64,000 nucleotides of DNA from Syntrophobacteraceae bacterium (GCA_049515795.1 JBEKTT010000016.1:8271-72270), one strand, 5' to 3'; numbered from the stretch's first letter, positions 37,101 to 47,267 are shown. Notes: generated from the sequence alone by a model not told the origin. Numbers and translations are program-made.

Positions 37101-37200
37101 TCATCGAGGAAGCAAGAAGCGTAAGCAGGAAGCAAAGGCCCATGCTGCCGCAGTTCCGGGAGTATTTATTCCCGCTCCCCGCTCCCTGCTTCCCGCTTCG
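37101..37200. repeat. degenerate R3 copy forming a long imperfect hairpin between the convergent MBL and degP genes
   Basis: GAAGCAAGAAGCGTAAGCAGGAAGC (37101-37125) is roughly complementary to GCTCCCTGCTTCCCGCTTCGC (37180-37200). CCGGGAGTA + CGCTCCCCGCT recur as in R1/R2. Confidence 0.6.
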
Positions 37201-37207
37201 CTTTTAT

Positions 37208-38674
37208 CTACCCTTTCAGGACAACATAGCGGCTGCCCTGTGCGTTCTTCACCAGAAGGAGCAAAGCATCGCCGCCTTCGGCTCCGGCGATCTTTTCTTT
37301 TAGATCGTTCACCGATTTCACCGCCTGGCGGTTTACTTCCAGGATCACATCACCCGGTTTGATAAATGCTCGATAGGCTGGGCTTGCAGGCTGCACCCCG
37401 GCGACCACGACACCGTGGTCGGCCTTGAGCCCGAATTGCCGCGCTGTCTCAGCATTTAAGTCCTGCAGTTGAAGACCCCATTTCCCCTGAGCAGGCATTC
37501 CGCTCTCCGCGAGTTTAGTACCGCCGGACTCAAGCTTTGCAATGACGGCGGCGATCTTAATCTCTTTGCCGTTCCGGATAAGGGTGATGGGGACCTCCCT
37601 GCCAATCGCCGTCGCAGCTACCATCGCGGGCAAATCGTGGCTGTCATGTACGGGTTTGCCATCGAATGAGACGATTACGTCACCGGCCTTTATTCCTGCC
37701 TTATCAGCCGGTCCGCCCGGCACAACTTCGGCAATCAGGGCGCCCTTGCTCTGTTCCACTTTAAGGGCCTTGGACAGATCAGGGGTAATTGACTGAATGT
37801 TTGCCCCCAGATAGCCGCGGGTAACTTCCCCATTTGCCTCCAACTGAGGAATGAGAGGTTTTGCCGTGTTGACAGGTATTGCGAATCCTATTCCCTGACC
37901 GTCAGAGATGATGGCGGTGTTGATCCCAATTACTTCTCCTTTCATGTTGAAAAGAGGGCCGCCCGAGTTGCCGGGATTGATGGAAGCATCTGTCTGAATA
38001 AAATCATCATACGGGCCGGCGCCGATCACACGCCCTTTGGCGCTGACAATCCCCGAGGTGACTGTGTCGCCCAGTCCGAAGGGATTTCCAATGGCGAGCA
38101 CCCAATCGCCCACTTTGATTTGATCGGAGTCGCCGATGTCTGCCGCCGGCAGATTTTCCCCTGCGTCAATCTTAACTATCGCGAGGTCTGTTTTAGGGTC
38201 TTCTCCTACGATCTGCGCCTTGAATTCCCCCTTGTCAGCCATGGTGACTGTGAGTTCTTTGGCGCCTTCCACTACATGGTTGTTGGTTAGTATGTAGCCG
38301 TCCTTGGAAATGATTACGCCCGATCCTGCCCCCTGAACGGTTCGATCTTGCGGCGCCCGGGGATTATTGAAAAAATCTCCAAACGGCCCTCCCGGAATTT
38401 GCATCTCTCCAAAGCCGGCTTTCTCAACTTTGGTTACTTTGACATTTACAACCGAGGGGGTGCACTTCTCGGCCAGGGCAGTAAAAGGGCTGATGATCAC
38501 CGGCTGCTCTGAGCCGGTCTGGGAGTGAATGACGCCCGGCTCGGCTGCAGCCCGGCCAATGCTGTCGAACATTCCGGATGCGAAAAGGCCGGCCAAAGCA
38601 CAAGCCAAGCCTACTGCCATGATTGTTTTTATCCCAAAGCGTTTGTTAAACCGGTTACTGATTCTCTTAAACAT
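37208..38674 (-). CDS. DegP/HtrA-family periplasmic serine endoprotease with two PDZ domains
   Basis: Catalytic motifs (TNNHVV, D..LAIVKI, GNSGGPLFN), an N-terminal signal anchor and 488-aa length. Confidence 0.9.
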   Translation of the reverse strand: MFKRISNRFNKRFGIKTIMAVGLACALAGLFASGMFDSIGRAAAEPGVIHSQTGSEQPVIISPFTALAEKCTPSVVNVKVTKVEKAGFGEMQIPGGPFGDFFNNPRAPQDRTVQGAGSGVIISKDGYILTNNHVVEGAKELTVTMADKGEFKAQIVGEDPKTDLAIVKIDAGENLPAADIGDSDQIKVGDWVLAIGNPFGLGDTVTSGIVSAKGRVIGAGPYDDFIQTDASINPGNSGGPLFNMKGEVIGINTAIISDGQGIGFAIPVNTAKPLIPQLEANGEVTRGYLGANIQSITPDLSKALKVEQSKGALIAEVVPGGPADKAGIKAGDVIVSFDGKPVHDSHDLPAMVAATAIGREVPITLIRNGKEIKIAAVIAKLESGGTKLAESGMPAQGKWGLQLQDLNAETARQFGLKADHGVVVAGVQPASPAYRAFIKPGDVILEVNRQAVKSVNDLKEKIAGAEGGDALLLLVKNAQGSRYVVLKG

Positions 38675-38787
38675 TGCCGTTTCTCCTTAATGTTGAGTAA
38701 AACCTGTTTATGACTGGCTCCGCTGTACAGACAGAAGATATATAAACAGAGAAAGTTAAGGTGAGATTAAAGGTAGATTAGAATATT

Positions 38788-38871
38788 CTAATGTGGGGTA
38801 GTATATAAGGTGTAATACCGAATAGCCTCATCGAACTCAATATCGGCTGGGGATAGAAATCGAACCTTCAA
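38788..38871 (-). pseudogene. truncated ParE/RelE-like toxin remnant (27 codons)
   Basis: The reading frame LKVRFLSPADIEFDEAIRYY... starts at a TTG overlapping the antitoxin stop codon and resembles ParE/RelE N-termini. It stops after 27 codons. Confidence 0.45.
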
Positions 38872-39083
38872 CGTTCATACCTTTTTCTGATCTCTTCCCA
38901 ATCTATGGCGTCGAGTTCTCCGCGTTTGTGAGCCTGATACCGAGCTTCGGATTCGGCGGCCCAACTCCGTTCGATGTCATGATCAGGCTTGTCAAGGCTA
39001 TGCAGTATTGCCTCGACCAACCGGATCCGCTCAACAGGTTCGAGTTCGATAGCTTTCTTAGCAAGCTGGCTTACTGATTCCAT
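38868..39083 (-). CDS. addiction-module antitoxin-like protein (putative addiction module component family)
   Basis: LEPVERIRLVEAILHSL ... WAAESEARYQAHKRGE is typical of this antitoxin family. ATG 39083 is preferred over 39140. Confidence 0.65.
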   Translation of the reverse strand: MESVSQLAKKAIELEPVERIRLVEAILHSLDKPDHDIERSWAAESEARYQAHKRGELDAIDWEEIRKRYER

Positions 39084-39656
39084 ATTATTCTCCAACTCCA
39101 ACTTTTTTAGAAACGCCCGATCCGGAGGCATAAGATTCACCTGTCAATTGTCGCATATTATTGCTCCCAAGAGCAAGCATGCGATTAACCGAATGGCTCT
39201 CAGGCATTAAAAGATTATACCAGGGGCGAGGGATAAGGGGGAGTGCTGAAAATAAAAGTAAAAAGGCAAAAGAGACAGTGCGGATATCTGAAAGCAGTTA
39301 GAAAAAATCAGGCCGAATGGTCTCATGAGCTTGCTGACTTCACTATCTTGCCGAATGTGTGGCGATCCACTCTGTAGAATTGCCCTTCCCTGAGAGCGGA
39401 CCCAATAGTCCAGTGTTCTCGCCAGGGTAAGAAAAGAAGCCGGAAGCGGCGTAGGGCAATCTTAACAGCTTGCCAATTTCGAAAGAGTCTGATTTGGGTC
39501 GATTCGGTAAAGAAATGATTCGAAAACGGCGAATATTTTGGCGCCTTCATTTCTCAAGAGCAAGGAGAGATATCTGAAATCAGCCGGTTGCAGCCCCTAC
39601 CACTCGATACAAAACAGATATCACCAGTCTCAGTTCATACTTTTGGGAGGTGCAGG

Positions 39657-41402
39657 TCATGCCGGACGGTAAAGCTCCTTCCTGACAGCCAGTCCCAGTT
39701 TTTCCAACACATAGGGTTTTTTCACGTAAGTCCCCGCGCCCAATTCCTGAGCTATACTCACCCGTTCCGTTTCGGAAAAACCACTGACGATGATCGCTCT
39801 CTGATGGACATTGATTTCAAGTATTTTGGCATAAGTGTCGAGGCCATCCATGCCAGGGTCCATGATCATATCTAAAACGACCAAATCTACCGCGTTTTGC
39901 TTGAGATACTCTACCGCTTCTTCACCACTGGAAACACTGACGACCTTGTAATTCAGCTTCGTGAGCATCGCGCCGGCAAGTTCTCGCTGCTCTTTAACGT
40001 CATCCACGATCAGGATGGCCTCACCGTTCCCCATATATTCGGCAGCGAATGTGGAAACCTGATCCGGGGATATTTCTTCTCTTACCACAGGAAAATAAAG
40101 GGTGAAAATGGTTCCTTTGCCTTCTTGACTGTCCACATTGATATATCCCAGATGATCCTTGACCGTCCCCCAAATCACAGCCAATCCCAGACCTGTCCCG
40201 CTACGACCCATGACTTTTTTCGTATAGAAAGGCTCGAATATGCGTTTCATATCGCTGGCTGGTATTCCTTGACCCGTGTCCGATACGGATAGAACGACAT
40301 AATCCCCCTCCCGGACCTCATCATATCCGGAAACGGGTTTATCCAAATACTGATTCACGGTTTTGATGGTGATTACGCCGCCCTGAGGCATGGCTTCGGC
40401 GGCATTAGACACCAGATTCATCAGTGATTTGCTGAGATGAACGGCGGAGCCCGCTATGTTAAGAAGGTTCGCCTCCAAATCGGTCTTGATCCGGACGTTG
40501 GGATGATATGAAGAGATCCCGGCGAACTCGGGGGAGTTCAGACATTCCAGGACAATGTTATTAAAATTCAACACCTTTCTGTTGGAGACCCCCCTCCTCG
40601 CCAGAGTCAGAAGATCCTGAACAATCGCTGCTGCCCTCAGTCCACCCTTCATAATCTCGTTGGCGTGTGACATTGCCGAACCGTGCTCACCCAAATTATT
40701 CAGAAGCAGTTCAGAATAGCCCACGACAACACCTAGAACATTGTTGAGATCATGGGCCACTCCACCAGCCAAAGTACCCAGAGCCTCCATCTTCTCTGCA
40801 CGCTGTAAACGATCTTCAAGCCTCCTTCGTTCGTCCTCTCCTCGCTTGCGCTCGTTGATGTCGCGTGCAATCGCGAGAATACCAATCGCCTTACCTGTTG
40901 AATTGCGCAAGAAACAAAAATTCGCTTCGACCGGGACGGTATTTCCATCCTTGCGGACCAGCTCCAGTTCAAGCATCCGTGACCGAGTAGGATCAGCGTT
41001 TCCTGCACTTTCAATCGCCATTTCTTCGGTGAAAATCTGTATAGCTTTCTCAAATGACGCTGGAGCGTACACTTGGTGCATTGTTCGCGCCATTGCCTCT
41101 TCCACCGTAAAGCCTAAGAGCCTCGTCACGGAGGGACTGATGTAGGTCAGTTGCGTGTCCATACCTGCTGTCCAGATGACGTCCGTCGCGTTATCTGCAA
41201 GGAGGCGATAGGGGGTTTCACTGTCTCGAAGCGCCTCCTCGGCCCGCTTGCGCTCCGTCTTGTCCTTCTCCGATTCGGCAACGCGTTGGCGCAATGCTTT
41301 CAACTCGGTTATGAGTTGCTCTTTGGACTTGTCTTCGTCCTGCATATTCGACTCCTCGGGAGATCGATGTGCGGGTTCGGATGCATGCGATGCAAAGTGC
41401 AT
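39657..41402 (-). CDS. hybrid sensor histidine kinase/response regulator with PAS domain
   Basis: Coiled-coil, then PAS, HisKA (H-box AHDLNNVL), HATPase (GTGLGLA) and a C-terminal receiver (ILIVDDV...DLVVLDMIMPGMDG-like). Alternative start ATG 41345. Confidence 0.85.
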   Translation of the reverse strand: MHFASHASEPAHRSPEESNMQDEDKSKEQLITELKALRQRVAESEKDKTERKRAEEALRDSETPYRLLADNATDVIWTAGMDTQLTYISPSVTRLLGFTVEEAMARTMHQVYAPASFEKAIQIFTEEMAIESAGNADPTRSRMLELELVRKDGNTVPVEANFCFLRNSTGKAIGILAIARDINERKRGEDERRRLEDRLQRAEKMEALGTLAGGVAHDLNNVLGVVVGYSELLLNNLGEHGSAMSHANEIMKGGLRAAAIVQDLLTLARRGVSNRKVLNFNNIVLECLNSPEFAGISSYHPNVRIKTDLEANLLNIAGSAVHLSKSLMNLVSNAAEAMPQGGVITIKTVNQYLDKPVSGYDEVREGDYVVLSVSDTGQGIPASDMKRIFEPFYTKKVMGRSGTGLGLAVIWGTVKDHLGYINVDSQEGKGTIFTLYFPVVREEISPDQVSTFAAEYMGNGEAILIVDDVKEQRELAGAMLTKLNYKVVSVSSGEEAVEYLKQNAVDLVVLDMIMDPGMDGLDTYAKILEINVHQRAIIVSGFSETERVSIAQELGAGTYVKKPYVLEKLGLAVRKELYRPA

Positions 41403-41643
41403 CCTATTTGCTGACCCCGCAAAGATTTGTCAGCTAATATTCGGACTCTCATAACGAGAAATTCAAGATACTTGCCACTGTTAAACCACCATTTTCTCGC
41501 CATATCGCAATATGTGCAAGTCTAAGGTCAAGGCCGACAGAGATAAATCGGCGGGCAGAGGTGATGTGATTCACTGCAGCGCATCGGATGTTTTTCCCAA
41601 AAGCGTACCGGACAGCCCACCACCTCACCTTTGGACTCGCGCT

Positions 41644-43050
41644 TTAAGAGGTGATCGGTATCAGGACCCTGAAACTGCTCCCCCGGCCAGGGGAGCTTTC
41701 TACCTGGATAGTTCCGCCGTGAGCGGCAGCAATTGATTGGGCGATAGATAGCCCGAGGCCGGTTCCCCGTTCTGCCGGGGAGCGGGCCTCCGAAGTGCGG
41801 TAAAAGGCTTGAAAAATAAGCTTCTGCTCTTCAACGGCAATCCCGCTTCCAGTATCTGAAACCAGAATGGATGCACATCTGCTGTCGTGCTGCAAGCCGA
41901 GGGTGACACGGCCTTTTGCCCCGGTGTATTTTATGGCATTGTCCACGAGGTTGGATGTCATGCGCTCCAGGCGTTCGCGATCTCCTTGAATGCTGAGCGG
42001 TTCTATTGCACCGAGCCGAAGTTCTATGCTGCGGGAGTCTGCCAGAGGCTTTAATCGGATGTAAACCTCTTCGAGCAACTGCCCCAGGTCTACCTCCTGC
42101 CGGTCCATTTTCAGTACCCCCGCTTCGGCGCGAGCCAAAAGCAGGAGCCCTTCCACCAGGTGGGCGGTCCTGTCGACCTCTTCCAGGGCGCTCTCAAGGG
42201 TTGCACGGTATTCCTCCGCTGTTCTTGCCGAACGCAGAGCAACTTCCAGTTCACCTTTCAAAATGGTGAGGGGAGTCTGAAGTTCATGGGAGGCATCGGC
42301 ACTGAACCGGCGGATCTGGCTGAATGCAGCATCCAGACGGGTGAGCATCTGGTTCAAGGTTTTGGCCAGATTGTCCAGTTCATCGCCTGTTCCTGTCTCC
42401 TCCACACGTTGGCTAAGGTGTTCGGCGCTTATCCGGCGGGCAGCGGCCGTCATCCGGTCTACGGGCTTCAACGCCCGATGAGCCAGAAGCCATCCGCCGG
42501 ATGCCGCCAGCACCAGGCCAAGAGGGAGCACCCCTGCCATGATCAAAAGAAACCGAAGATAGGTTTCATCGATACTCTTCAGGGACATCCCAACCTGGAT
42601 CATGTTGATCACCCGGTTGGATTCCATTACGGGCATGGTCAGCAACCGCACTGGATACTCTCCGAGACCTTCCACTGTCTCAAAAGAAGATAGTCCCCGA
42701 ATTGCATTATTGAGGGCCTTGCTGCTTAGAGGCAACTTGCCGGTGGAAGGCAAAGACCGGTGTTCATCACCTTTGCCGGATGGATCGCGCATCTGAAAAT
42801 AATGGTCCCATGGCGAAAAGCCGAAAAAACGGCGGAAAGCCTGATCGATTTCGGAGGGAGGAAAAGTAGTGGCTCTGCTTTGATCCCGTTCGATCAATGC
42901 TCTGGCGACACTGTCGAGTGCGCTGTCCATCTCGTGGGAGAGGCTGTACGATAAAAGTACGAATGCCGCCCCTCCCACAATGAGCAGGGTAACGGTCAAA
43001 AGGCATGTGTACCAGATTGTGAGACGTGTCCGGATAGACTTGATATACAA
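41644..43050 (-). CDS. sensor histidine kinase (heavy-metal-sensor/CusS-like architecture)
   Basis: Two TM segments flank a periplasmic domain, followed by HAMP, an H-box (SADASHELQTPLT) and HATPase (GTGLGLSIA). Confidence 0.85.
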   Translation of the reverse strand: MYIKSIRTRLTIWYTCLLTVTLLIVGGAAFVLLSYSLSHEMDSALDSVARALIERDQSRATTFPPSEIDQAFRRFFGFSPWDHYFQMRDPSGKGDEHRSLPSTGKLPLSSKALNNAIRGLSSFETVEGLGEYPVRLLTMPVMESNRVINMIQVGMSLKSIDETYLRFLLIMAGVLPLGLVLAASGGWLLAHRALKPVDRMTAAARRISAEHLSQRVEETGTGDELDNLAKTLNQMLTRLDAAFSQIRRFSADASHELQTPLTILKGELEVALRSARTAEEYRATLESALEEVDRTAHLVEGLLLLARAEAGVLKMDRQEVDLGQLLEEVYIRLKPLADSRSIELRLGAIEPLSIQGDRERLERMTSNLVDNAIKYTGAKGRVTLGLQHDSRCASILVSDTGSGIAVEEQKLIFQAFYRTSEARSPAERGTGLGLSIAQSIAAAHGGTIQVESSPGRGSSFRVLIPITS

Positions 43051-43053
43051 GGA

Positions 43054-43725
43054 TTACTCCTCTTTTAGCACATAGCCCACTCCACGAACCGTGTGAATGA
43101 GTTTATGCTCGCGATCTGAGTCGATCTTCCTGCGAAGGTAGTTCACGTACACGTCGATGATGTTGGTCATCGGGTCGAAGTTGTAGTCCCACACATGCTC
43201 GACGATCATGGTCCTGGTGAGTACTCGCCCTGGATTTCGGATGAAATAATCAAGGAGAGCATACTCCTTTGCAGTCAGGTCAATCTTCCTGGCGCCTCGC
43301 AGGACCACGCGGCGAGCGGGGTCCAGAGTGAGATCGGCAAACCGGAGCACCGGAAGTTTTTCCTCTGTTTGCCGTCTGAGCAGCGCCCGAATCCTGGCGA
43401 CAAGCTCCTGGAATGCGAATGGTTTGGTCAGATAGTCGTCAGCGCCTGCATCCAGACCCAGGACCTTGTCTTCGATATTCGCTCTTACAGTGAGCAGCAG
43501 CACCGGGGTTGACACTCTTGCCGTGCGCAACTGGTGCAGAAGGCTCAGGCCGTCCATTCCCGGCAGATGAATATCGAGCACGATCAGATCGTGAATCCGG
43601 TCCATGGCCATTTGAAGGCCGGTTTTTCCGTCGAAGGCCACATCGACCGCATAGCCTTCTTCCTGCAGGCCCTTCTTGATAAAGCCCGACACCTTTTTTT
43701 CATCTTCCACAACCAGAATCCGCAT
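43054..43725 (-). CDS. OmpR-family response regulator
   Basis: Receiver domain (MRILVVEDE...LDIHLPGMDG) plus a winged-helix output domain (..VRGVGYVL). ATG 43725 is preferred. Confidence 0.9.
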   Translation of the reverse strand: MRILVVEDEKKVSGFIKKGLQEEGYAVDVAFDGKTGLQMAMDRIHDLIVLDIHLPGMDGLSLLHQLRTARVSTPVLLLTVRANIEDKVLGLDAGADDYLTKPFAFQELVARIRALLRRQTEEKLPVLRFADLTLDPARRVVLRGARKIDLTAKEYALLDYFIRNPGRVLTRTMIVEHVWDYNFDPMTNIIDVYVNYLRRKIDSDREHKLIHTVRGVGYVLKEE

Positions 43726-43758
43726 CGGTTTTTTCTCACTGCACAATATTCGTTGAAA

Positions 43759-45303
43759 TTAATTCCGTTTCCTCTCGATGGACCATTTCAGCAGGGGAGG
43801 AGTCATTAGAACCGTCAGCAACACCACGACGATAATGACCGAAAACAGGGCATCATCAAGTACGCCAAGCGATTTTCCCATGCTGGCGACTATCAGCGCT
43901 ACCTCGACTCTTGGAAGCATGCCTGCCCCGACGATCAGCCTGCTGGCTCCGTTCCTTACCACTAGTGAGGACGCCAGCTTACCGGCTACCGCAACGGCGG
44001 TAATTATTAGTCCCGTCAGCATGGTCTTAACGTTTGCAAGCGTGGTGAGGTTCACCTGTAAACCGACCAGGACGAAGAAGATCGGAGCAAGAATCCCCTC
44101 AAAGGGCGCCAGGATCGATTCTACATTCTGGCAAGGGTCCAGTCCGGGGCCAATACCCGAAAAGGACTCCTCCTTAATGATCACCCCGGCCGCGAAAGCC
44201 CCGATAATGGCAGCCAGTCCAATTTTGTCGGCAAGCCACGCCAGGAGCATGAGGAGTACAAAAGGGTACAGCAGCTTTATGTTGCCCAGGTCCAATCTTA
44301 CAAGGAATTGAACCGTTTTTTCGATAAACCGGGTCCCGAAAACTACCACTGCTCCAAGAAATAGGGCCGTCTTCAGCAGGGTCAGGAACAGATGCCCGAT
44401 TCCAATGGCGCCATGAGTGGCAACCGCCATAACCATCGCTAGCACTATGAGCCCCAGGACATCATCCATGATGGCCGCACCAAGCACAATCCTGGCTTCC
44501 TTCATCTCGGTCTGCTTCATGTCCCTGAAAATTCTGGCTGCAATCCCGACACTGGAAGCGCACAGGGCTGCGCCCACAAATAATGAAGGCATTAATCCGG
44601 AGGTTTTTGGCAGCAGAAGCAATGTCGTGATACAAGTCAGACTGAAAGTTAAACCTACTCCTGTCAGGGCAACCGCCGACGCGCCGGCTCCAATTGCCTT
44701 TAATTCTTTCAGGCTGACCTCCAACCCCACCATGAACAGGAGCATTGCGACTCCAAAGCTTGCGAAGAGCTGGATCGATTTGGCCAGTAAAAGGTACGAG
44801 GGGAAATCACTTCTCAGGAGTACACGCTCGACTCTTTGGGCAACCTCTTTGGGCAGGCCCGCCTGCTCCAGCGTGGATCGAACTGTGGTTTCCCAGTTTT
44901 TGCCTTCACTCAGGGCTCTGTGATATGTCTGCTGAATCAGCTCGGAATGCCGGATGATAATGACCGTCGGGCTGCCTAGTTGATAGACAATGGCGCCAAC
45001 TATGATCCCTGCCGCCAATTCGCCCAGAACCGGTGATTGTTTCAGTTTCCTCGCACCAAAGCGTCCGATGGCTGCACAGCATACGATCAGTGCAAGGACC
45101 CCGAAAACCCGGGCAGAAGGGTCACCGTACGCGGTTAAGTGAGACTCTGCTGAGTCCATGGCGCTTGCGCCGGCAGGGATTTCCTTGGTGGACTGCGCAA
45201 AAACTGCGTACCCTGTTCCAGGAAGGCAGAAAGAAAAAAGCAGGCCAAACGTGCAGTAGATAATTGAAAAGCCTATCAGGCGTTTTATAGTCAAATGCGT
45301 CAC
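43759..45303 (-). CDS. cation:proton antiporter (CPA family, Na+/H+ exchanger-like)
   Basis: 514 aa with ~12-13 hydrophobic helices. Upstream of, and co-oriented with, the two-component pair. Confidence 0.75.
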   Translation of the reverse strand: MTHLTIKRLIGFSIIYCTFGLLFSFCLPGTGYAVFAQSTKEIPAGASAMDSAESHLTAYGDPSARVFGVLALIVCCAAIGRFGARKLKQSPVLGELAAGIIVGAIVYQLGSPTVIIIRHSELIQQTYHRALSEGKNWETTVRSTLEQAGLPKEVAQRVERVLLRSDFPSYLLLAKSIQLFASFGVAMLLFMVGLEVSLKELKAIGAGASAVALTGVGLTFSLTCITTLLLLPKTSGLMPSLFVGAALCASSVGIAARIFRDMKQTEMKEARIVLGAAIMDDVLGLIVLAMVMAVATHGAIGIGHLFLTLLKTALFLGAVVVFGTRFIEKTVQFLVRLDLGNIKLLYPFVLLMLLAWLADKIGLAAIIGAFAAGVIIKEESFSGIGPGLDPCQNVESILAPFEGILAPIFFVLVGLQVNLTTLANVKTMLTGLIITAVAVAGKLASSLVVRNGASRLIVGAGMLPRVEVALIVASMGKSLGVLDDALFSVIIVVVLLTVLMTPPLLKWSIERKRN

Positions 45304-45423
45304 CGGGTCCTCTGCGTACTATCAGGGAGAGTAGCAAAATGCAGCGGCATCCAAGAGTAGACTTCCTGTGTCAACCGTACTGCTCGAACTGAGAACGACA
45401 TGGGGCCGGCCCGGTGTCCGGTT

Positions 45424-45897
45424 TCAGATTTCGATTGAAAGAACCCGGTAAAAACGGGTTCCGGAAGGCGTGTAGACCAGGACTTCGTCGCCCTCGCGAT
45501 GCCCCATTACGCCCTTGCCGACCGGCGAATCTATCGAAAGCTTGCCACCGGATACGTCGGACTCCCACGGCCCAACTATCTGGAACCGGTTGATCTCACC
45601 GGACTGAAGGTTCTTGATGGTTATTACGGTCCCGAAACCCACCTGTTTGAAAAAGAACTTGCGGCCAACGAATATTTCACAACCGGCCAGCTTTTCTTCC
45701 AGATCGTTTATCTTCTTTTGGAGGATGGCATGCCGTTCGCGCGCCACCAGATACTGCTGGTTCTCAATTTTTACCCCATAACCCCTGGCCTCGCGCAATT
45801 CATCCAGCACCTCCGGACGCACGATCCTCCTGAGGTGGGAAAGCTCTCTTATCAGCCTTCGATAGCCGTTTCGTGTTATAGGGACCTTGGGCTTCAT
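45424..45897 (-). CDS. greA: transcription elongation factor GreA
   Basis: 157 aa with an N-terminal coiled-coil (PITRNGYRRLIRELSHL) and a C-terminal FKBP-like domain (SIDSPVGKGVMGHREGD). Confidence 0.85.
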   Translation of the reverse strand: MKPKVPITRNGYRRLIRELSHLRRIVRPEVLDELREARGYGVKIENQQYLVARERHAILQKKINDLEEKLAGCEIFVGRKFFFKQVGFGTVITIKNLQSGEINRFQIVGPWESDVSGGKLSIDSPVGKGVMGHREGDEVLVYTPSGTRFYRVLSIEI

Positions 45898-45903
45898 CGC
45901 AGA

Positions 45904-46458
45904 TCACACAAAAAAATTATCCGGGATTTCTCCTCGTTCCATTTTGGCCCGGAAAAGAGATACGGCAATGACCGTTTTACCGTCACGAATCCTGCCTGAC
46001 ATAATCATATCATGAACCTGGTCGAGTTTTACCATTTCCACCCCGGATATTTCGTCCTGGTCCTCCTTGTCCGAAGTCCTCTCCAGGCCCGAAGCCATAA
46101 AAATTCTAATGAGTTCATTGGCATACCCGATGGCAGGATAATAGCTGAAGATTTCGAGCAGCCGCGATGCCCTTTGTCCGGTTTCCTCCGTGAGTTCCCG
46201 GCCGGCGCACACTTCCGCAGATTCACCGGGGTCCACCTTGCCTGCCGGTATCTCGAGAGTTTCACCGCCTATCGCATACCGCCATTGACGGACCATGAGG
46301 ATGTGGTCCCTGTCCGGAAACGCCAGAATTGCAGCGGCTTCCGGATGGTCTATCTTGATTCGCTCCGTCTCCCTGCCGGTCCGGAGTCTCACGGTATCGA
46401 GTCTCGCGCTGAAATGCCTTGCCTTGAGAATGCCCAGTGTTCTGATCGTTTCTTCCAT
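45904..46458 (-). CDS. NUDIX hydrolase (ADP-ribose pyrophosphatase-like)
   Basis: Nudix box GKVDPGESAEVCAGRELTEETG. Confidence 0.85.
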   Translation of the reverse strand: MEETIRTLGILKARHFSARLDTVRLRTGRETERIKIDHPEAAAILAFPDRDHILMVRQWRYAIGGETLEIPAGKVDPGESAEVCAGRELTEETGQRASRLLEIFSYYPAIGYANELIRIFMASGLERTSDKEDQDEISGVEMVKLDQVHDMIMSGRIRDGKTVIAVSLFRAKMERGEIPDNFFV

Positions 46459-46617
46459 TAAGATTTGACTCCCCGCCTAAAGTGTCGGTTTATTGCATCG
46501 AAAGTTATAATAATAGTTCAGAAAGATGGGAAAACTCAACAGTTTGAGGTCCTGTTACACTGAGGTCCGGCTGCTCTTGCTTTTAGGTCTTGCTCATGAT
46601 AAGGAGGATAGCTCCAT

Positions 46618-46691
46618 CGGGGCGTAGCGCAGCCTGGTAGCGCACCTGCCTTGGGAGCAGGGGGCCGGAGGTTCAAATCCTCTCGCCCCGA
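46618..46691 (+). tRNA. tRNA-Pro (anticodon UGG)
   Basis: Cloverleaf read by eye: acceptor CGGGGCG/CGCCCCG, anticodon stem CCTGC/GCAGG with loop CTTGGGA, and T-arm GGAGGTTCAAATCCTCT. No encoded CCA. Confidence 0.9.
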
Positions 46692-46844
46692 TTGAAACAT
46701 CTTATGTTTTAGGGTAGTTACAGGTGAAGTGGTCCGCTGCCGGTAGTTCTATGGTGGCTTGCTGCACTCTGCTGTTTCGGCGCCTTCGATTGCTTACGGC
46801 CTAAATTGCCGCAGCCGGTATTGCCTCATGCCGGGGAGTAAAAT

Positions 46845-47267
46845 ATGACCATGCCGCCGAGCGAGCCGCCTATGTCCGAATCCGAGTTTCCCAAGGAGGG
46901 CATCCTATGGCGAAGCTACGACGCTACGATCGACCTTTTGAATGAGAGGACTCGCCCTGTCCTTGCGTTCGTTATAGACTACGACGGGACACGCTGGCCG
47001 TTTCTTCGGGAGATATTCAGGGCTATGCCCAAAAACGAGAAGCTGCGGGGCCTCCTGAATGGGCCGTGTGTCGCCATGCTGCTCGAGGCCGACTCTATGC
47101 CCGAGTACATGGACGACCTGGGTGCGGGCAGCGACTACCATATCGCCATTCTTTCGCCCGCAGGTTTGACTGCGATGAGGATCTTCAACTATGTTACCGG
47201 CGAACCTGAAATGCTTGTCGAAACGATAGCCGGCGCCATGGAAGCCATTGCGCCCATCTGGGCATAG
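46845..47267 (+). CDS. hypothetical protein (possibly thioredoxin-like fold without CxxC)
   Basis: 140-aa ORF with a GGAG-like RBS upstream. No motif recognised with confidence. Confidence 0.45.
   Translation: MTMPPSEPPMSESEFPKEGILWRSYDATIDLLNERTRPVLAFVIDYDGTRWPFLREIFRAMPKNEKLRGLLNGPCVAMLLEADSMPEYMDDLGAGSDYHIAILSPAGLTAMRIFNYVTGEPEMLVETIAGAMEAIAPIWA

Noticed and set aside
39323-39550. 75-aa minus-strand ORF (MKAPKYSPFSNHFF...)
   Set aside because: No RBS or recognisable domain. It may be a fragment of a degraded mobile-element gene near the TA relic, but I cannot support a call.
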